DNA from: Bigelowiella natans CCMP2755
Taxonomy: Eukaryota > Protista > Cercozoa
Length of the DNA stretch: 64,000 nt
Direction of reading: 5' to 3'
Assembly (NCBI GenBank): GCA_000320545.1
Contig: ADNK01001797.1
Span: 10,800 to 74,799 of the forward strand
This document shows positions 14,295 through 27,300 of this stretch, one piece after another. The position numbers were made by a program, and so were the translations under genes. Within the stretch, counting starts at the first letter, position 1. Each line of letters opens with the position of its first letter. The notes under the pieces were generated by a model. The model saw nothing but the letters and a program-made list of their open reading frames with translations. It was not told the origin of the DNA and made no database searches.

Positions 14295-15711
14295 TATATA
14301 TATAATTAATATATATATATATATATTAATATGAAAATTTTGTGAATAATTACTACTTTATTGATTCCAATTCGTGGTGATGCTCCAATTTTAGATGTTG
14401 CGTGGTTCTCAGAGCCTCGTCTTGCACACCCGCAACTAGAACCTCTTTTTCTCTTGCTACTTGTTTCAGCTTTTGTTGCATACTCTTTATTCGCCGCCTT
14501 TGTGGACACACACGAGCGAAACAAACATTCAGCTTGGGTGACTGAAGAAAAATTGCATCCACAAACGACCCATCACACGCCTCCGACACAAAGGAAAGTA
14601 TGATACGAAACGAAGATCACAAATATGCGCTGGGCTCTCACATGGTTGCAAAATTGGAGACGGGCAAAGCTCGAAGGCTTAACCCCGGAAAGAGATATTT
14701 AATGTGCAATATTCATATTAAGCAACATTAGCGACGGTTGAAACCATACTAGAAAGTATTGCGTATTTAATTTTCATGTCTCACTAATTAACAACAACTA
14801 CTATATACTCTCACTGACGCTACGCTTATTACCTTGCATCTGCAAGAGCCCCTTTGACCTCTTGAAATTGCTCCAATGTACTCTGTTTTTCTTCTTCCGC
14901 ACGCTCGATAACTTGTCTGAAGTATTCGTGCAAAATGAGTTGAAGGAAAATAGTGAAAGGAAAGGTGGCTACATTAAGATATTTTGAGGAAACATAACGT
15001 AAGTAACCTATATGAAGTTGCCTCCCTTGTTTTGGTTTCCATGAGGGTCCTTTCAAAGAAGAGTATTTTAATCTCAACGCTTTGATACACTCTGCGCACT
15101 TACATCATTTTTTTCAATTCCAATTCTTTTTGGTTCTCCAGCGTTTTCAGTTGAGAGTTCTCCTCCTCCAGCTATAATAGAAAATGAGTACATCTCTGGT
15201 TTAAGTGGCTCAATGTAAATAAGTGATCGATTAACTCTAACTAAATGTGTCACAAGAAAGGACCTTAAATATGCTGCGCTTGTTTCTCAATGCTAAAGCC
15301 TCTGCTTCAAGTAGCCTAGCAGTATACCAAATCGCAAGAATGTAAGTTGAGGGTATTCCAAAATATATGGGGATTGAACAACAAAACATGAGAGAGGAAG
15401 CAGAGATTTTGTCACGTGCAAGAGTTGAAATAGAACGCCACACTAGCACCTTGCTTTCAACGATGCTTCTGTTAGCTCCCATTTCTTCTTTTCATTTAAT
15501 ATTGCGGTTGAACGTTCCAATTCAAGAGATTTCTTTTCTTCACGAAGCTTTTTCCTTGAAGCATCTAGTCGCATTTTGTCCATGAGCAGTCGTTTCTGGT
15601 TCTCATAACTAAGTTAGATTTCAATCGAAGGAATAAAGTTTAGATAAAATAAATATGAAAAGGACTTCATAAAACCAGCACACTCGTTTACACACCCACA
15701 CACACACACAA

Positions 15712-15773
<62 letters not shown>

Positions 15774-16317
15774 GTACACATACATATACATGATATCTAT
15801 TTACAAATTTTGTACAAATACACAAATCAAACAAATGCAACGGATACTAAACGTATTTTATCAAGTCCTGAATATTACAGAGATTGGTTGGATTGTCTAA
15901 TCCTCTCCTCAAGATCTTTCAAAATTTTCCCATGCTCATCAACATCTTGTTTGCACGATTTTAAGCTTTTGTTGCAGGCCTCGAGCTCCTTCTCGTGCTC
16001 GGTTACTTGATCAAGAATGCTCTAAATACGTTGATAGGACAACTACTCATTGAATTGCAAAAGTAAAATGGGGCGGATCTATTTCAATGTTATTACCTTA
16101 ATTTTATTCTCTGCTTCAATCTTCACCATTTGTATCTTTCCCTCAGACTCTTTTCGCAAGCCTTCAATTCTCTCATTTTCATGCTTTTGTATTTCTGCGA
16201 CAGCTTTGTCGGCATTAACACGTGCTTGCTCTATTTTTTCGTCTCCCCGAAGTACGCTACAAAACCAAAATTGATGTTCGAAGTGATGCAGAAGATCATT
16301 ATCATCGGCGTGAGCTT

Positions 16318-16359
<42 letters not shown>

Positions 16360-17978
16360 TAAATAATTTAGATACTACCTTTGATTTATTCTTTCCTGCT
16401 CATCTCTGGACTCTGTAAGTTTTTCCGTTGCAATCTTCATTTCTTTTCTAGCCTCTACGATCTGTTTCTGGATACTTTTCAGTCTAAAATGAAGGAAATA
16501 GAAACATAGAACGAAATAAGGTGTTGACGTATTTCATTTTATCGTTAAACTTAAGTAGTCCTATGTGGATGTGTTAAAAATGATAGAATTTATCAAGAGA
16601 AAGACAATCTTTGGCATTCACCAGGACGTCATCTCGCATATAATCTTGAAAACAATATTGTTGTACAAATCTCATTGTAAGACACTACTCTGTTTCAGCT
16701 TGGGAAATTTGGGGTCGAAACTCCTCCATGCATTTCTTTTCATATAGAGCGGTTTTTTCTTGAAGCCTTTTCTGGTGCGCAGAACGAACCTCTGGAAATT
16801 CAAATTCGATACTGAATCTTTTAATTACACTTCCTCAAATGGTATTTGTTGCAATTTTTTACTGTTCACTATACCTTCGATATCAATTTCATGCAATTTA
16901 TTCTCTTCTTCGAGCTTCTTTTCATGTAAAGCCCGTCGTTTTTTCATTGCAGCATCCCAAAGACCCTTCATAGATTCCTAGCCAATAATTAGTTCAAATG
17001 ACATTATTGTGTTGTTATTCGTTCATAGTATCTACCAAATCTTTTGATTGTCTCATTTGAAGAGACTGGAGCGATTTTTGGTGCTTTTCTTTCAGAATAT
17101 CGATCGCACTTCGATGCTTCGATTCTTCTTTATCTAGTCTGTTCTTCATTTGGTGAGTCTTAACATTTTTATTACGCCGAGTTTTCGGTTTCTGAACAGA
17201 GTCAAAATTAACCAATAGCTTGAAAGAATAGAAGAATGTTTATTACATTTTCCCTTTTCTCTGCCGAAGTAGCCGCTGGTGCTGCTGGTGCAAAGTCCGA
17301 GCTCTAAGGAAGTATTTTGAAATTCATCACGCACAAATAAGTAAATAAGTAAATGCCTGATTGCAGAACTAGATGCATGACTGGAAAAAATACCTTTGGA
17401 TTCTGGAGTTTGGTACTATAAAAAAGAGATTGTGCTGATTTGCGCACTTCTTTTGGTTTCCTTGAATTGGAATTTATTCGCCGATCCTTCTGCAAATTTA
17501 ATTATTAGTGTAGGTCATCTTCTCATTCAAGAATCTCCTCTTACTTGATATTTCTTTGTCTTCTCTCGTTGGTAGAGATCCTTATAATGCTTGTCACAAG
17601 GGTGGTTCCACTCACTCTACGCAAGATTAGATATGGAAGTATGAGAGATCGGAAGAATCATAGAAGTATGGACGTTCAAATACCTCCCCAGTTCGGAAGT
17701 TGAAGTAGTAGATATCGCCTTTTTTAGTTTGACAGGGTCTCCACCCAGGAGGGAGGGGGGCTTTAAGACCTTCTTTTGCAATCCAGAGGAGTTCCTTTCA
17801 TGGGAGATTATTATTTCTTTACATCATAAGTTGAGCAGGTAATTACCTTATCTTCGGTGACATCCATTCCCAGGAATTCACTGTAGTCCTTGATTTCATC
17901 GATAGTAGGCTCATAATTTGGGTCATATTGTTCATCGAGAACGACTGTATCTTGGTTTTGGGACGGATTTGACGGCAT
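11394..17978 (-). CDS. CEP164: CEP164-like centriolar distal-appendage protein (N-terminal WW domain plus long coiled coils)
   Basis: Spliced N-terminus [44 protein letters not shown]|[37 protein letters not shown]|[15 protein letters not shown] is the diagnostic CEP164 N-terminal/WW module. Many E/K/Q-rich coiled-coil exons follow on the same strand. The last exon ends ...FVIRLKLDS* at 11394. Confidence 0.85.
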
Positions 17979-18395
17979 AGCTATGAATCCAAACTCTCTT
18001 GTTCCCCCCCCCAAAAGAGTTCACCCTGTGTCACACTAGTATTACTTTCGGGTCAGGATGACTTCCTCTTCAACTGCTAGCCTACAACACTTGCAACAAT
18101 ACAAGTCATATGAAGACGGTTACGATGGATTCCGTTCAAAAAATATTGCCTCTATTCGATCTCACTTGTTTACGTTTCGTTATCAGAGTGTTGGTGATGT
18201 CATTTATACAATACGGCTTCCCGCCAGATATGACCTCACGAACTTTTAGAAAATGGCCTTTTATTCTGTGTCGCAGTCGCCTGGTTCCCTCTCCCAGCTA
18301 GCAGCCACATCCGATACGAGTGCGAGTTGGTACATGATCATCTCTCGGCGTCTCCAACACATCCTTCACAACTGCTTCATTGTCATCATTTGCTA

Positions 18396-20014
18396 GTCAC
18401 AGTCCTCACTGAAACCAGTTCGAGGCACTGCATTTTGCACGCTGCAAGTGTCTTGCAACACTTTGGAAATGTGGTTTTTCATCATTGTTTCATTGTTGTT
18501 TCATTGTCATCATTTTCAGCTCCGCGTTTCCCACTTTGCAAGTGCCATGTGATGCTTTGGAAATGCACTCGATCAACAATGAATCTTGTTTCTTTCTTGA
18601 AATGTTTCATTGCATGGTCATTCATTCATTCAGGACGGTGTTCTGAGAACAAGAACAAGTGAACAATTGCAAGTGAGAGAGAGAGAGAGAAGGGTCATCG
18701 CAATGATTCATGTGTTCGCCTGAGGCTGCAGAATGAGTTTTTTGGGTTCTCAGATGTTTCACTTGTGAACGTCTTTCTAGGTGAACAGGAGCAATTCGAG
18801 AAAATGAAAGGTCAACCAAACTCCCTCGTGCCAAGCCACGTGCAGTCATCTCTTGTGGTGGCATGATCGAGTGCAAGCAGATGGGAAGAGATTTTTGCTT
18901 GCTCTTTTGCAAGTGAGCAGAGATGCTCCGTCACTTGTTCGTCGCATGGGTGCAACACTTTGGAAATGTCACTCACTGGATGTCAGTCGATCCCAGGATC
19001 ATCAAGTGAGCTTCTTTCTTTCCTTCTTTCTTCGTGGGTGCCAAAGAATCACCACGCAGCATGGAACTCCAGCACGACACACAATGCCATCATGCACATT
19101 GTGGAGACTCAGAGACTCAAGTCTCCACTGTGACACGTGCACGTGCGTGGTCACGTGTTCACTTGGGCATTGCGATGTTGCGATCAGATCGAGAACAAAG
19201 CCCATGCTGGCATGAGGTGTGGCGCTCAGACAATCAACAAGGACATTGACAGCATGCCAACTCCCACGCAAGCGATGAATGCACAAACCGAAGCTAGCGA
19301 AGGCGCGACAGAGGCACTTCGTTGTCCACGGAATGCGAAGTGCTTGGCTGCGCTTTGGAAACTGCGTGCACGTGCACGTGCAGCCCTTTTGGGCTGCAGA
19401 GCGTGCCAGGGTTCAGAACACACACAAGTTCTCTGGGACACAGTCCAGTGGCAGACGTGTGCTGTGTGCTTGCGCTGCGCACACATCTGTGGCGTGCGCA
19501 GCAGCATGGCAGCACACATGCTTCATGGACACAAGAATCCAAAGTGTGCATCGTGCACAACAATGTGGTCAGCACAGTGAGATTGTTGTTGTCCCACGTT
19601 GTGCAAACATCACGTGTGCGTCATGTCCCAGATGGATGCAGCTGGACAGCAACGTGTGCCATCGGTCGTGCACTGGTTGCTGCGGCTGCAGAGCTGAAAT
19701 TCATTTTTGGTCTGCTCTGGCCACACTGGCCATGTCCATCATCATGTGTGCATTGTGTCACGTGTTGTGCACACACAATGCATTGCATGTGCACACATCG
19801 CGTCACGTTGTGTGACAATTCAAACATCTTCTCGTTGTGTGTGGAGCCGCGTGACGTGCTGACTCATTTGGAAGTTGAGTTTGTGGTCTGTTGTGACATG
19901 AACACCAGAAATGTGATGCAGCTGTGCACTTTGCACTTTCTTCTGTTGCCGAGACACAGCAATGCAAACAAGCCTGTGCACAATTCATGCACATTGATCT
20001 GGAACAGAAAATTC
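18396..20014. other. TpA-free intergenic island (probable hypermutated repeat or dead element)
   Basis: Manual scan finds only 2 TA dinucleotides in 1,619 bp (18778, 19295), both in CTAG. TG/CA are very abundant and CG is retained. Confidence 0.9.
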
Positions 20015-20302
20015 TACACGTCTCATGACAACGACACTTCATTGAGAAATTGAAGTGAAATGCAACTGACCAGACCACTTCAAGTGTTCTATTTCAAGGT
20101 ATCTGTCCTAACATTTCTAGGAGCCGTTGAAGCACGTCAGCATCGCTCTTTTCGACTGGGAGAAATCCAAATCTATTTGTGACAGACAATGCCTCAACGC
20201 AACTAAATACAACTTAAATTCAAATGCATGCCCTCTCAAAATTAAAAAAAAAATGAACAGGAAAAGATGATTTTGTCCGTTTTGTCAGTAAATTTTGTTA
20301 TC

Positions 20303-21180
20303 TTACGTTTGAGTCTTCTTTGCACTCATGGCCTTATGTTGGGAGACGATATTGATACCATCTTCTCTAAACGATTCAACGGATATAATTCTGACAATAG
20401 AAAAATAGATAGCCACAACATCGTAAATACCAACACTATTCAGATGACAGGATAACAACCTAAATTGATCTCTTTGGTTTCTAAACATTTCTTTTAAATT
20501 TCCAAAAATGGAAGCCAAATAATACAATCGAGAATCGGATGATTGATTGCAACAAAAAGGAATGAATTGCGTTAGAGGTGTGGTCCCTACTACATGCGGA
20601 AAGGATTCAATGCTAGATCGTATAAAAACTAACGCTTTTGACATTAATTTGCTGACCATCGTGGCTAATACCTATCTTTTGGAATTATGGTCACATTTGT
20701 CGCCTTGTCCCTCAACTTGCCAGTATTTTTACTAATATTCATGCGCAGTTTCACGAATTTCAAAGTTTCATTGTCTTTGACTTTCGCCTGTTCCTCGCCG
20801 TAGTAGACGTCATTGTCAAAGAGCCTTAAGTAAACTTTATGCACGTTGCCGCCACGATTCTTCCACTTATACACAAAGAGCGAGATCTCCTTCATTTGCT
20901 CCTCAGCCTTTTTTTCCTCTGCACGCTTTGCTATTTTTATCTTGCAACTCTGCACCTTTTCCTCTTTTACTTTAGAAAGGGCGTCTTTTATACTCTCTCT
21001 TTTCTCATTTTTGTCTCCATCATTTTCCGGGCTGTCATCCTCATGAAATACAGCAGGCTTAAAGGAAGCTTTATCGTTTACTTCATCCTCGAATTCCTGG
21101 ACCTTGAAACAATGGCGTATACAGATACAGAGAATGTTCAATTTTTGAACAGAAGTACATACCATAGTATAAATGTGTAC

Positions 21181-21246
<66 letters not shown>

Positions 21247-21447
21247 GGTACAAACAATCGACGTATAAAGTCTTGCATTTTTCTTAATTTTTGCACGTTT
21301 AGAAGTCAATTTGGGAACCTCCTCGCCATCCTGGTAGAATACAACTTTTTTTTGGGGTTCCTTTGGCTTCGAGCTCCTCATTTCGACATCGTTTCCAATA
21401 TTTGACTTAGCATGAGATTTGGACTCTTCGGAGGCACAGCATCCCAT
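20303..21447 (-). CDS. Uncharacterised dually acylated protein (MGCCAS), possible PH-like C-terminal fold; 3' end approximate
   Basis: The MGCCASEE start fits myristoylation plus palmitoylation. ORF 20665-21447 reads through a (CA)n(TA)n intron. A beta-rich segment FVYKWKNRGGNVHKVYLRLFDNDVYYG continues through a canonical intron into SIESFPHVVG...SRLYYLAS...QRDQF. Confidence 0.6.
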
Positions 21448-21921
21448 TTTCTCTATACAATAAATTTAGTGATCACATTGATTAGACATATAGAAGGCAA
21501 TTAATGGTTATTGGAATCCCCCCCCTACACTGCCGATGAAGTAGGAAAACTCCACAGACCTGCTTCAGCGCGGCGTCTCTGGTTAGGAGCGTTAGACTTG
21601 TCGGCAAGGTCTCAATGAACTGAATGAATGAATAAAATGCATGCCATGTTTGGAAATTTTCAAATCAGTTTGGTTGTCGTAAAGAGAAATCGGAGGTATG
21701 AAAAACGTGACGACTTGTAGGATAAAATAGTTAAATAGACAGATATCCATGTGGATACGAGTCTTCGGAAGAGTGGTGTCGCATTGATAAATGGCTGTGC
21801 GTTTTTCTCTGCCGTTTCCTTTTCTTCGGTTTACTTACGTTATTACTTACTACAAAGGCCGTTCTATACTTGCGACTCAGAACCACAGATGTCTCTGTAT
21901 TGAACTCCCGAATAACTCAAC

Positions 21922-22798
21922 ATGGCTTCGGCCGACCCCAAGAAGATGTCACGAAGGTGGTTGTGCTTTGCATTTTTCGTGCTGCTTAATGGGTTGCCCT
22001 ACTCGCCTCACGTGGATAACCATTAACACGATTTCTAATTTTATGTTTCTGCTCCTGTAGTCGTACGATAACTAACTTTCCCTCTCAAAAATATACGTGA
22101 ATGCTTCTTATTTGCATAGGTTTCAAAAGTACCTGAAGCACATAGAGCTTACAGGGAACGTTAAACGGATAGTTGAGGAAATTTTATTTCGACTGAAGGA
22201 AAACCCACAGTTCGATATTTGGAGCTATTTCTCCCTCAGACTCTATGAGGTTGGCGTGGCGCGAGATCAAAAGAAAAAACGCAACAAGAGTCCTTCGGCA
22301 AGTGAAAAGGAAAGTAAACTAACAACAAAGGATGACGCGGAAGGACCGCACGATGGGCCGCGTGAAAATAATGAAATGGATGAGATGAAAGCTGCAAAGT
22401 CTAAACATGATATCTTCCTTAGTAAATGGGAGCTCTTGTCGACTGCATGGAAGGTTTTAGACATCAACGGTGATGGATATATATCCAGAAAGGAATTCGA
22501 AGACGGTTTAGATCGCAGTGGACTAGAATGTCTTGACAAGAAAACACGAGATGAACTATGGGAGGAAGCGGATATTAACCGTGACAATAAAATTGGATAT
22601 AAAGAACTAAAGACGGTATTTAACCGATGGATGCAAGCAAAGAAACTTAAAAAGAACCATAGGAAAAAACAGAGCTCCGTCAGGGGCAGCCGGGAAAGAG
22701 TTAAACAACGAAGGGAGGAGGAGGCAGAGAAACTAAGGAAAATCAAGAAGGCTTTGGCCACGGGACATAGTGTTCAGGATGGCGTTATTGTAGAGTAG
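21922..22798 (+). CDS. EF-hand calcium-binding protein with possible N-terminal RIIa/Dpy-30-like docking helix pair
   Basis: A short first exon MASADPKKMSR splices to RFQKYLKHIEL...NPQFDIWSYF. Two canonical EF loops follow: DINGDGYISRKE and DINRDNKIGYKE. Stop at 22798. Confidence 0.8.
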
Positions 22799-23274
22799 AA
22801 AAGTACCATACAACCAGATTATGACAAAGTTGGCTGCTGCACATGCTCTTTCTTTATGTATTCATTTATCTTCTAATGTGTTGATTTGTATCACTGTTCT
22901 ATGTCATTGTAGCGTATGTATCCTATGATTTGACATTCGATTCAGCGCAACGTCTAGACGATGGATGGTGAAAAACATAGCAGCCGTTATGGCCTTTTCG
23001 AGAATGATAGCATGATGCCATGGCATGCGATACTAAGTCAACAGACTGATCACAAAATTTTCACACAATTAATTAAATGTAATCAATTAAAACCACAGAC
23101 CTAGTGACGTGAATGAAAACATACATGCACAAGAAACCAATTGAATGCCATCATGAATCGAAACGATGACACGAAACGACTAACTGAAGCTGAAAAAGAG
23201 GCACGGACCGCGCTGCACGCATCGCACCGCACGACATCGACGACAGGATGCAGGTGCTTTTAAATGCATGAAAC

Positions 23275-23338
23275 ACGTGATGGATCCATCACGTTGTGTC
23301 CATTTGCCTAGCTCGTCCGGACGAGACAAATGGACACA

Positions 23339-23340
<2 letters not shown>
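23275..23340. repeat. Adjacent perfect palindrome and nested hairpin
   Basis: acgtgatggatccatcacgt (23275-23294) is a 20 bp perfect palindrome. It overlaps a hairpin with 14 bp arms, gttgtgtccatttg...caaatggacacaac (23293-23340), that encloses the palindrome ctcgtccggacgag. Confidence 0.9.
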
Positions 23341-23397
<57 letters not shown>

Positions 23398-23425
23398 TGT
23401 GTGTGAGTGTGTGTGTGAGTGTGTG
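23340..23425. repeat. (CT)n-(GT)n compound microsatellite
   Basis: Direct reading. Confidence 0.95.
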
Positions 23426-24348
23426 TTTGCGTCCATATCGCCCATTATATAATCGATTCAGGATGGAGCATCCTTTTCATACTTCGACAATTGACAGACA
23501 TCAACATATTGAAAAAGCTTTGTGCCTTCTAAGCTGCTTTGCATGGTCACATTGGGACAACCATTGAAAAATGATAGACATGCAATGTGATATGTGTAAT
23601 ATGTACCCTATTGCTGTGTAGGTCACAAAAGATTTCATCACTTCATTGTTGCATCCGTCTCACAAGCTGTGCAGCAGATGCAATGAACACAGCAACATGA
23701 TGCGCACATTGCATGTCCATCACAACAGCTAGACGCAGCAATGTGATGTGCACATCGTGTGCATACGTACACATCACATTGCATGTCCATGCATCATAGA
23801 TGATCTCTTTTCTTTATTTCAAACAAGATCCATTGTCAACATCTGCGCATTCCACGATGTGAAATCATGGGCATGCAAGCTAGCAAGCATATTTCCAAGT
23901 CTCTAGTTCATTGTGTTCACATGTGCCACAGTGCAAAACAAAGCATTGCACACATGAACATGTTTGCTAGAGCTTGCAACACAAACCTTCATTGTATTGC
24001 TCGCATCTCTCCTCGCATTGTGAGAGCAGTCGCGCATTTTTTTTTGCGCAGCATTGCTTTTGTGTGCAATAACAACAACGCGGAACACACACACCCAGAG
24101 CACAATAATGCAAATATCTCATCATTAATCTGGTCATAGAACTACTCAATAGAGTCTCAAGAAGAATAAAACTTATTAATAATCAAACTAAGAGTTGCAA
24201 CACTATATAGATTATTATCAATGCAGCCGAGCATCAATTGTGTGACATGAATTAAAAATAATGTAAAGTATCTTCCTTTATTTCTACTTACTATGACCGT
24301 ACCATCTTGTCTTATGCTCTATTATTGTCTAATTTTGTCGCCAAATTT

Positions 24349-27300
24349 TCAAGTTAACAATGTCGTGCTTCGGATAATATCGTACAGAAGTCCTGCCAGA
24401 TCGCCCGGCTCTGTTGCTGCAGCTGTTTCCATAATACTGGTGGTATTACGATTTGCGTGAGCAAATCTAATCAACAAATTTCCAGCGGCAGCAGCAGCTG
24501 CAGCAGCTGAATTTTCGACACCGTTATTTTCTTTCTTCAGTTCCTTTTGCTGTATTGCTGCCGAGTTACTAACCGGCATAATGGCCTTTTTCGCTGCTGT
24601 CGTTAACCTTTCAAGGAATGGCCGCAGTCTATGGCTCTGGGCGATTTTTCTCCAGAAACCGATTGGACTGCGAACCCTGTGAACATAAACATGAGATGAC
24701 GAAGACGTCGACGAAAACAACATGAACAATGGAAAGGAAACAATGCTAAAAACAGCAACAAATGCAAATGGCAAGTGGTTCGAATGAAAGAGAACAAGTA
24801 ATCTTGCCCTGACAGGTGGAATGTTGATAGACAAAGTGACTACTGCTACTACTTACCCTTCAAGAAGTGGGTGTATGAAGAGGATGAGGTCTGTGTTTCC
24901 CATCTGGAGAATCAACAGGAGGACGAGGCAAAACATTACAACACTCAGAAGAATGATCCACAAAATGATCGTTTTGTAGCATTGATTTATTATAATCAAT
25001 ATAAATTTTTTTCATCATCAATGTTTATAAAAAAGAAATTACCAGTTCTTCGGCACAGCCTTTCACGTCAAATTCGACAATGTCTTTCTTTAGCGTTTGA
25101 GCCTTAGCAAGCATCTCTTTGAATTCCTTTTTACCCTCAAGCTGCTCCAACTAACCAATATTCATTCATGCCAGCATATATTAGCGATGACGACTAAAAG
25201 ATATGTACGTATTCTAACCATTGTAGTATAAGTAGCAGTTGTTGTGGTTGTAGTTGTTGTTGTTTGTTGTGGTTACTACTCGGATCATTTTCTCGGTCAC
25301 AACTCGAATAGCCTCTTCTTTCAGGTGTCGCACAATCCATACATCACTGGTGCTATTGCCGCTGTCAGCAGCATCTTTCTTTCCTTCATCTTTCTGCTTT
25401 GTTTCTGTGATTCTTGATGATAATGATGATGGCGATGATGATAATACTGCTGTTTCGCTTAAGTCTTCCACTACCGCTTTTCCCTTGGAAAATATTGCTG
25501 ATAGAAATCGAGGTTCTCCCCCTTTTCCTCCTACCCCCCCTTCTCCCACTGCAGCCAGTGATTGTCGTATTGCAGCAGCGGCTGAGGACTTGATGCTCTG
25601 GAGTTCCTCTTCTTTCAAAATGCCTTGAGAAATCTCAGCAATCTTAGATTCGAACAGCTGAGTAATTATAGCGATACCCGAAGCCTGCAAACCCTGGTAG
25701 ATTTTATGAAGACTACTAGGCGTTTTTCCTTCTTCCAAAGTAGGAATATCCCTCTCCTCCCTCTCCTCTATTTCCGAATTCACCGCCTCCTGGTCCACTA
25801 CGAGGGAGGGGGATGCAGGGATTTGGGAGGAAGATGCATCATTTGCCTCTTTTCCCTCCTCATTTCCATTCTCTTTACGACTCGTAGCTTGTTGTTGTTG
25901 CGATGATGATGACGTAGTAACAACATTGCTGTTATCTAATGATGAAGTAGGGGATGACAGGACGGTCTTCTTTCCTTCTCCTCCCTCTTGGCGCTCTTTC
26001 CTTTCCTTGTTGCTGTGCTTCGGTTGCTTCTTTGAGGTTATTCCACCGTACTTCTTCGTCGTCGTCGTAGAAGAAGGACGTTGAAATAAGGATGACGTCG
26101 CCGCATTGAAAGCATCGATAATCTGCTCCTTTTGAAACTATGTAAAGGGGATGAGGAGACAATAAGAAGTACTCGAATGGAAATGCAGATACTATAAACG
26201 AAATAATCATTGGTATTTGCTTCATAAACTGTTTTCTTCTCCTCACGCCAGCACGTTTTTCTTACATATGAATTCTCTTGATAGTCACCTGCATTATTCC
26301 ACCGCTATCAATCTCTATACTATTGAGAGAATCTGTGACAATTTTTTTGCACGTGTGGGCGACGAAGGAAAGGCCCATTTTGGTATCAACGCTAGGACGT
26401 TGAACGATGAACCCTTGAGAGACCATTGCTAATTGTAACCTCATGTCGAGCATCTTCAACCAGTCTGAGCGACGATAATGACGATGGTGGTGGGGGAGAA
26501 GGGGGAGCGAATCAATTTTTTTAGGAAAAAGAGAGTTATTGTGTGATGTCTGTATTCTACGGAGATGGGATAATCATCGCTTTGCATTTTTGTAAGATGT
26601 GTTTGTAGAGTTTCATCACTGTTTATCGTTGCTAGCTGCGGATGTGTATGGCAAAAAGTAGACATTTTTCCTTACATGCCCAAGGATACACACGAACTCC
26701 CACACACATCATCATCATCATCATCATCATCGTCGTCGTCGTCAACATCATCATCATCATCATCTGCTCCTTCTTTTCCCTCTTTTTCTTCTTCTTCTTC
26801 GTCCATTTCGTTGTCTTTGAATAGAGCCCCCCTCGCCTCTTATCCATCATATGTTGATGCTGGCGAACACGTGTACTACTACTACTACTACTACTACTAC
26901 TATTACTACTACTACCACTACTACTACTGCAACTACTTTCCAACCCTATTATGATCATCATCACTATAATTACCAAGGACGAGAGAAAGAGGCCCCACCC
27001 ACGCGAAACCATGAGAAAGTGCCACCTCTCTTATAGCCTTTATCGAGTTACAGAGATCTGCGACTGATACCGATGATAATACAGAGATTCCTCTTCCCTG
27101 CACACCCGCTCCCGCATAAAGAAGCGACAATTTTGTCACCAGCTGCATGAAGATACTGCCTTCAAGAGCATCCGAGAAGAACCTACACAAGAACAATAAC
27201 ACAGTCATCCGATTTGAAGGAAAGACATGGTCATGATGATGATGATGATGATGATAATGATGATGGTGATGATGATGGTGACGATATTCAGGATGATGGT

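Noticed and set aside
18396-20014. Classical CpG methylation decay or fungal RIP as the cause of the TG/CA excess
   Set aside because: CG remains common in the island. RIP would increase TA rather than eliminate it.
18327-20078. Dense overlapping Cys/His-rich ORFs in all six frames (e.g. 19322-20053, 19279-19815), suggestive of metal-binding proteins
   Set aside because: Artefact of TA loss: TAA/TAG stops and Tyr codons cannot occur, while TGY/CAY codons are inflated. There is no domain pattern or splice structure.
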